A stretch of 64,000 nucleotides of DNA, taken from contig OZ316891.1 of the NCBI GenBank assembly GCA_973895155.1, forward strand, positions 6,873,708-6,937,707, written 5' to 3'. The notes beneath the pieces are model-generated. The model had not been told where the DNA came from and ran no database searches. It saw nothing but the letters and a program-made list of their open reading frames with translations. This DNA comes from Marsupella aquatica (Eukaryota; Plantae; Marchantiophyta). Below are positions 61,008 through 64,000 of this stretch, piece after piece; position 1 is the first letter of the stretch, and each line of letters begins with the position of its first letter. Position numbers and translations under genes: made by a program.

Positions 61008-62208
61008 AGTATATAGGAAGTAGCAGTCTCGAACATATAATTGGGTGCTAAGCTTACAATTCATAGTTTGAAGCGGATTCATTGTGCATGCCTCTTTTGT
61101 CGGCGCTGCCGAGGTTTGATTTACAACGGTCGCTTCGGTGGAATCTAAAGTAATAGAATCGGATGCTGAATGCGGATCGGTGAGTTTGGTCGGTGGATTA
61201 TTGTCTGGCCTTAGATAGTTGGTGTCTTTCAATCCGAGTTGGAACTCTCTGCTTTCCAAGCAATCCTCTGTTCTGGGTAAAAGCCTGGATATATAGCGGA
61301 CGATATAGCTCATCCAGAAGAATCCTTGCCGCAGCTGTGGTAAATTGATGGTCAGACTCCATTCTTCCTAAGGCATTAAATACTCTGTTTGAGTTGCTCA
61401 TACGGAAAGCTCGGTTACTGAGCTGGACTTATACCTATAATACGATTCTGTTCTTCAGGACGCGAGGTATCATTTGTTCTCGACCAGCAGTTAAATACCT
61501 TGTGGAAGACGTAAATTTGAAAGAAATCTCCATTTCGTTCACTAGCTGCTCATGGTCTCGAGCTTTTGATTGTGTTGTGATAACAATATTCAGCTGATAG
61601 AAAAGCCGGTCAATGTGACAGTCCATCTTGAAATCAAGTGGAGTGTCTTGCACAGTTGGACTGCTGTCACAGTATATACCACGAGGCAGTTTACATGAAT
61701 TTCTCAACAATCACTTTTGCTGTGGTAGTCTTGCCTGGACACTTTGTTACAAAATTACTGCCGCAATCATATTCTGTTGTTCGTGAGTGACGTAAATATA
61801 TGCTCCTGGCTGCTATGAGGAGAATTGAGCAAGCAACTGTATTGAGACCTTGATGGGACTTAAATTGGGTGCCTCACCATAAATTAGGTCGATCACGAGG
61901 TTTGATGTATTAGATTGGGTTCAAACGAAGTACAATATTTCTTAGGTTGATAACACTTCAAGCTCTGAGGGAAAGGGATCATTTCGTGACGATGTCCTTT
62001 GCAAGACGATGTGAGAGAGCCTGTCACCCGGAGTTAACGAATATGTGCAAATTCCTTGGTTTGAATCCTTCTAATGTCCTGCCGTTGCCTGAATTTGGCT
62101 TTTGCAGCATCGCTGTTTGAAAACAAGATTGCTCGCTGAGTACTCTCTGGGCTTCACGACATCCACAGTTGAGCTGGATTTCGTCTCATAGGGAGAGCGA
62201 CTAAAACG

Positions 62209-63506
62209 ATGGGATTCGTAGGCAAAGTGGACACTGCAGCTAACGCCCACCCAGAGCTGGACCGTGCCTTCGAGAAACTGAAAATTGATCGAGCAGTACT
62301 CGACCCGACAGACCCAGAGTTTGTGCTTGACCCAGAATTCCGGCCCAAAACCAAGCACGATGAGTTCTTCGAGTCGACCGAAGAGCAAATTCCCGTGATA
62401 GACCTGCAGCCCATTCTTGACGGCGACGAAGTGGGGACACGGAAGGTGGTGGATCAGATTGGAAGTGCGGCCAAGCATTGGGGTTTTTTCCAAGTCATCA
62501 ACCATGGTGTGCCTCTGAGCATGGTGGACACCCTAGAGAAGGAAGCGCTGGCGTTCTTCTTGCTGCCTCTCGAGGAGAAGAAAACGATCACTCGAACCAA
62601 GACTCAACCAACTGGCTACTTTGATCTGGAGTACACCAAGGAACATCGAGACTGGAAGGAGGCGTTCGACTTCAAACTCAGACCACCGCATGATTCGGAT
62701 TCTGTCTACACAGTTACTAAGTACAACTTGCAGAATCAGTGGCCTCAGAAACCTGAAGGATTTCGGTAAGGATTGGATCTGTGTCCTAAGTGTGTATGGT
62801 CCTAAACTTAGGACTATTATTCTGTTCGATCACGACGAGAATGTCCAATCTTTTAAACCGCTCTCTGGCTGCGCTTTCAAGATTTTTCAAGTCTAATAAA
62901 TTTTCAGATTCTTGCAGTAAGTTATAGGTGCAGCAGCTTGTAAAGTTCATAATATTAATTTGTTGGCGTCCATTCTTGTTTCTATGAGCAAAAGTTCTTC
63001 GCATCAGTTCAAAAAGGTCCACTGAAGTCGATCAACAGAAATGACCCATTATATGACAAGTTATAATTTCGACCACTCGTAAAACTCTTAATGTATGAAA
63101 CGGCTTCCATTCTCGTATCAGTAGGCATTTCTTTGGATTCTAAAAGATTCTAATGACCCATACCCATTATTGTTGCAGGGAAGCTTGCGAGGAGTATTCC
63201 AAGGCAACGGAAGGCCTGGCATTCAAGCTGTTGAAACTGATCACTCGGAGCCTTGGCCTACCTGAGGACCATTTCGTACCGTACTTCGAACCGCACAACA
63301 GTGGAGCAATCCGACTGAACTACTACCCACCGTGCCCAATCCCAGGTCTTGCTCTTGGAGTAAGTAGGCACAGAGATATCAGTGCTTTGACAGTATTGGT
63401 TCAGGACGAGACGGGAGGGCTTCAGGTCCGCAGCAAGAACGGGGAGTGGATTGGGGTGAAACCCAGGCGAGATGCCTTCGTCATCAACCTCGGTGATTTG
63501 TTTCAG
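62209..63506 (+). CDS. 2-oxoglutarate/Fe(II)-dependent dioxygenase (DOXC class), exons 1-2; the 3' exon lies beyond the window
   Basis: Exons 62209-62765 and 63179-63506 (GT-AG). IPVIDL, WGFFQVINHGV, RDWKEAFD, NQWP, RLNYYPPCP, HRD (HxD), GGLQV, INLGD. Confidence 0.93.
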
Positions 63507-64000
63507 GTATGCCTTCTACGCTCTTCCTCCCTTGCTACTTGGCTGTTCCTTCCAAGTTATCGTTCAGCAGTTTGGGCTTGCAGACAATTTTAGGTGCTTA
63601 AAATAACATACAGCATTTGTATTGGACATTGGGAACAAAACACCGCTCCTACAGTATATATCTAAATTTGTGCGACATAGCTTGCATCCTGCGAACTGTA
63701 GAAAACTAAGTGATAAACAATGTTACTAAAACACATGTAAATGTATGTTGATTCCATTGAATCTCTTTGGCGTGGTGTAGAGATTGCAAAGCTACAATGG
63801 CATGATAGGCAAAGTTTTGTGAAGTGTTCTGCGACGTCGAAGCAAACAGCATCCTCAGTGTAGAGATTGAAAAGCTTACAATCTCATAACAGGACTTACT
63901 AGGGTTTGTGAATTTTTCTTCACCCTCAAAGCAAACAGAAGTGTAGATTGTTAAGCTTGCAATCTCATATGCAATAGCAAAAAATTTGTGAATGTTTCTG

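Overview
Eukaryotic land-plant genomic DNA. The spliceosomal introns, plant-type ATG2, LHT and 2-ODD genes and the repeat load suggest a non-seed plant such as a liverwort, but the taxon is an inference. Apparently functional genes are a 13-exon ATG2 (22169-31571, +) and the first two exons of a DOXC-class 2-oxoglutarate dioxygenase (62209-63506, +, continuing beyond the window). Degraded genes are an LHT-like amino-acid permease (39544-42761, -), a lectin-receptor-kinase fragment (about 15265-15795) and a DUF3990-like, ADP-ribosyltransferase-fold gene of microbial appearance (about 8696-10021). The rest is transposon-rich: three Copia-type LTR elements, several MITE families, a Helitron nested in a MITE, a LINE tail, a tRNA-derived SINE and many tandem repeats. 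The two most notable items are (1) a 4,076-bp TG...CA element (10805-14880) with a perfect GAGGG target-site duplication and no terminal direct repeats, i.e. a giant solo-LTR-like unit, carrying an intact 618-aa ORF, and (2) the ART-like gene interrupted by three nested transposons. All calls were made by eye; no database searches were run.
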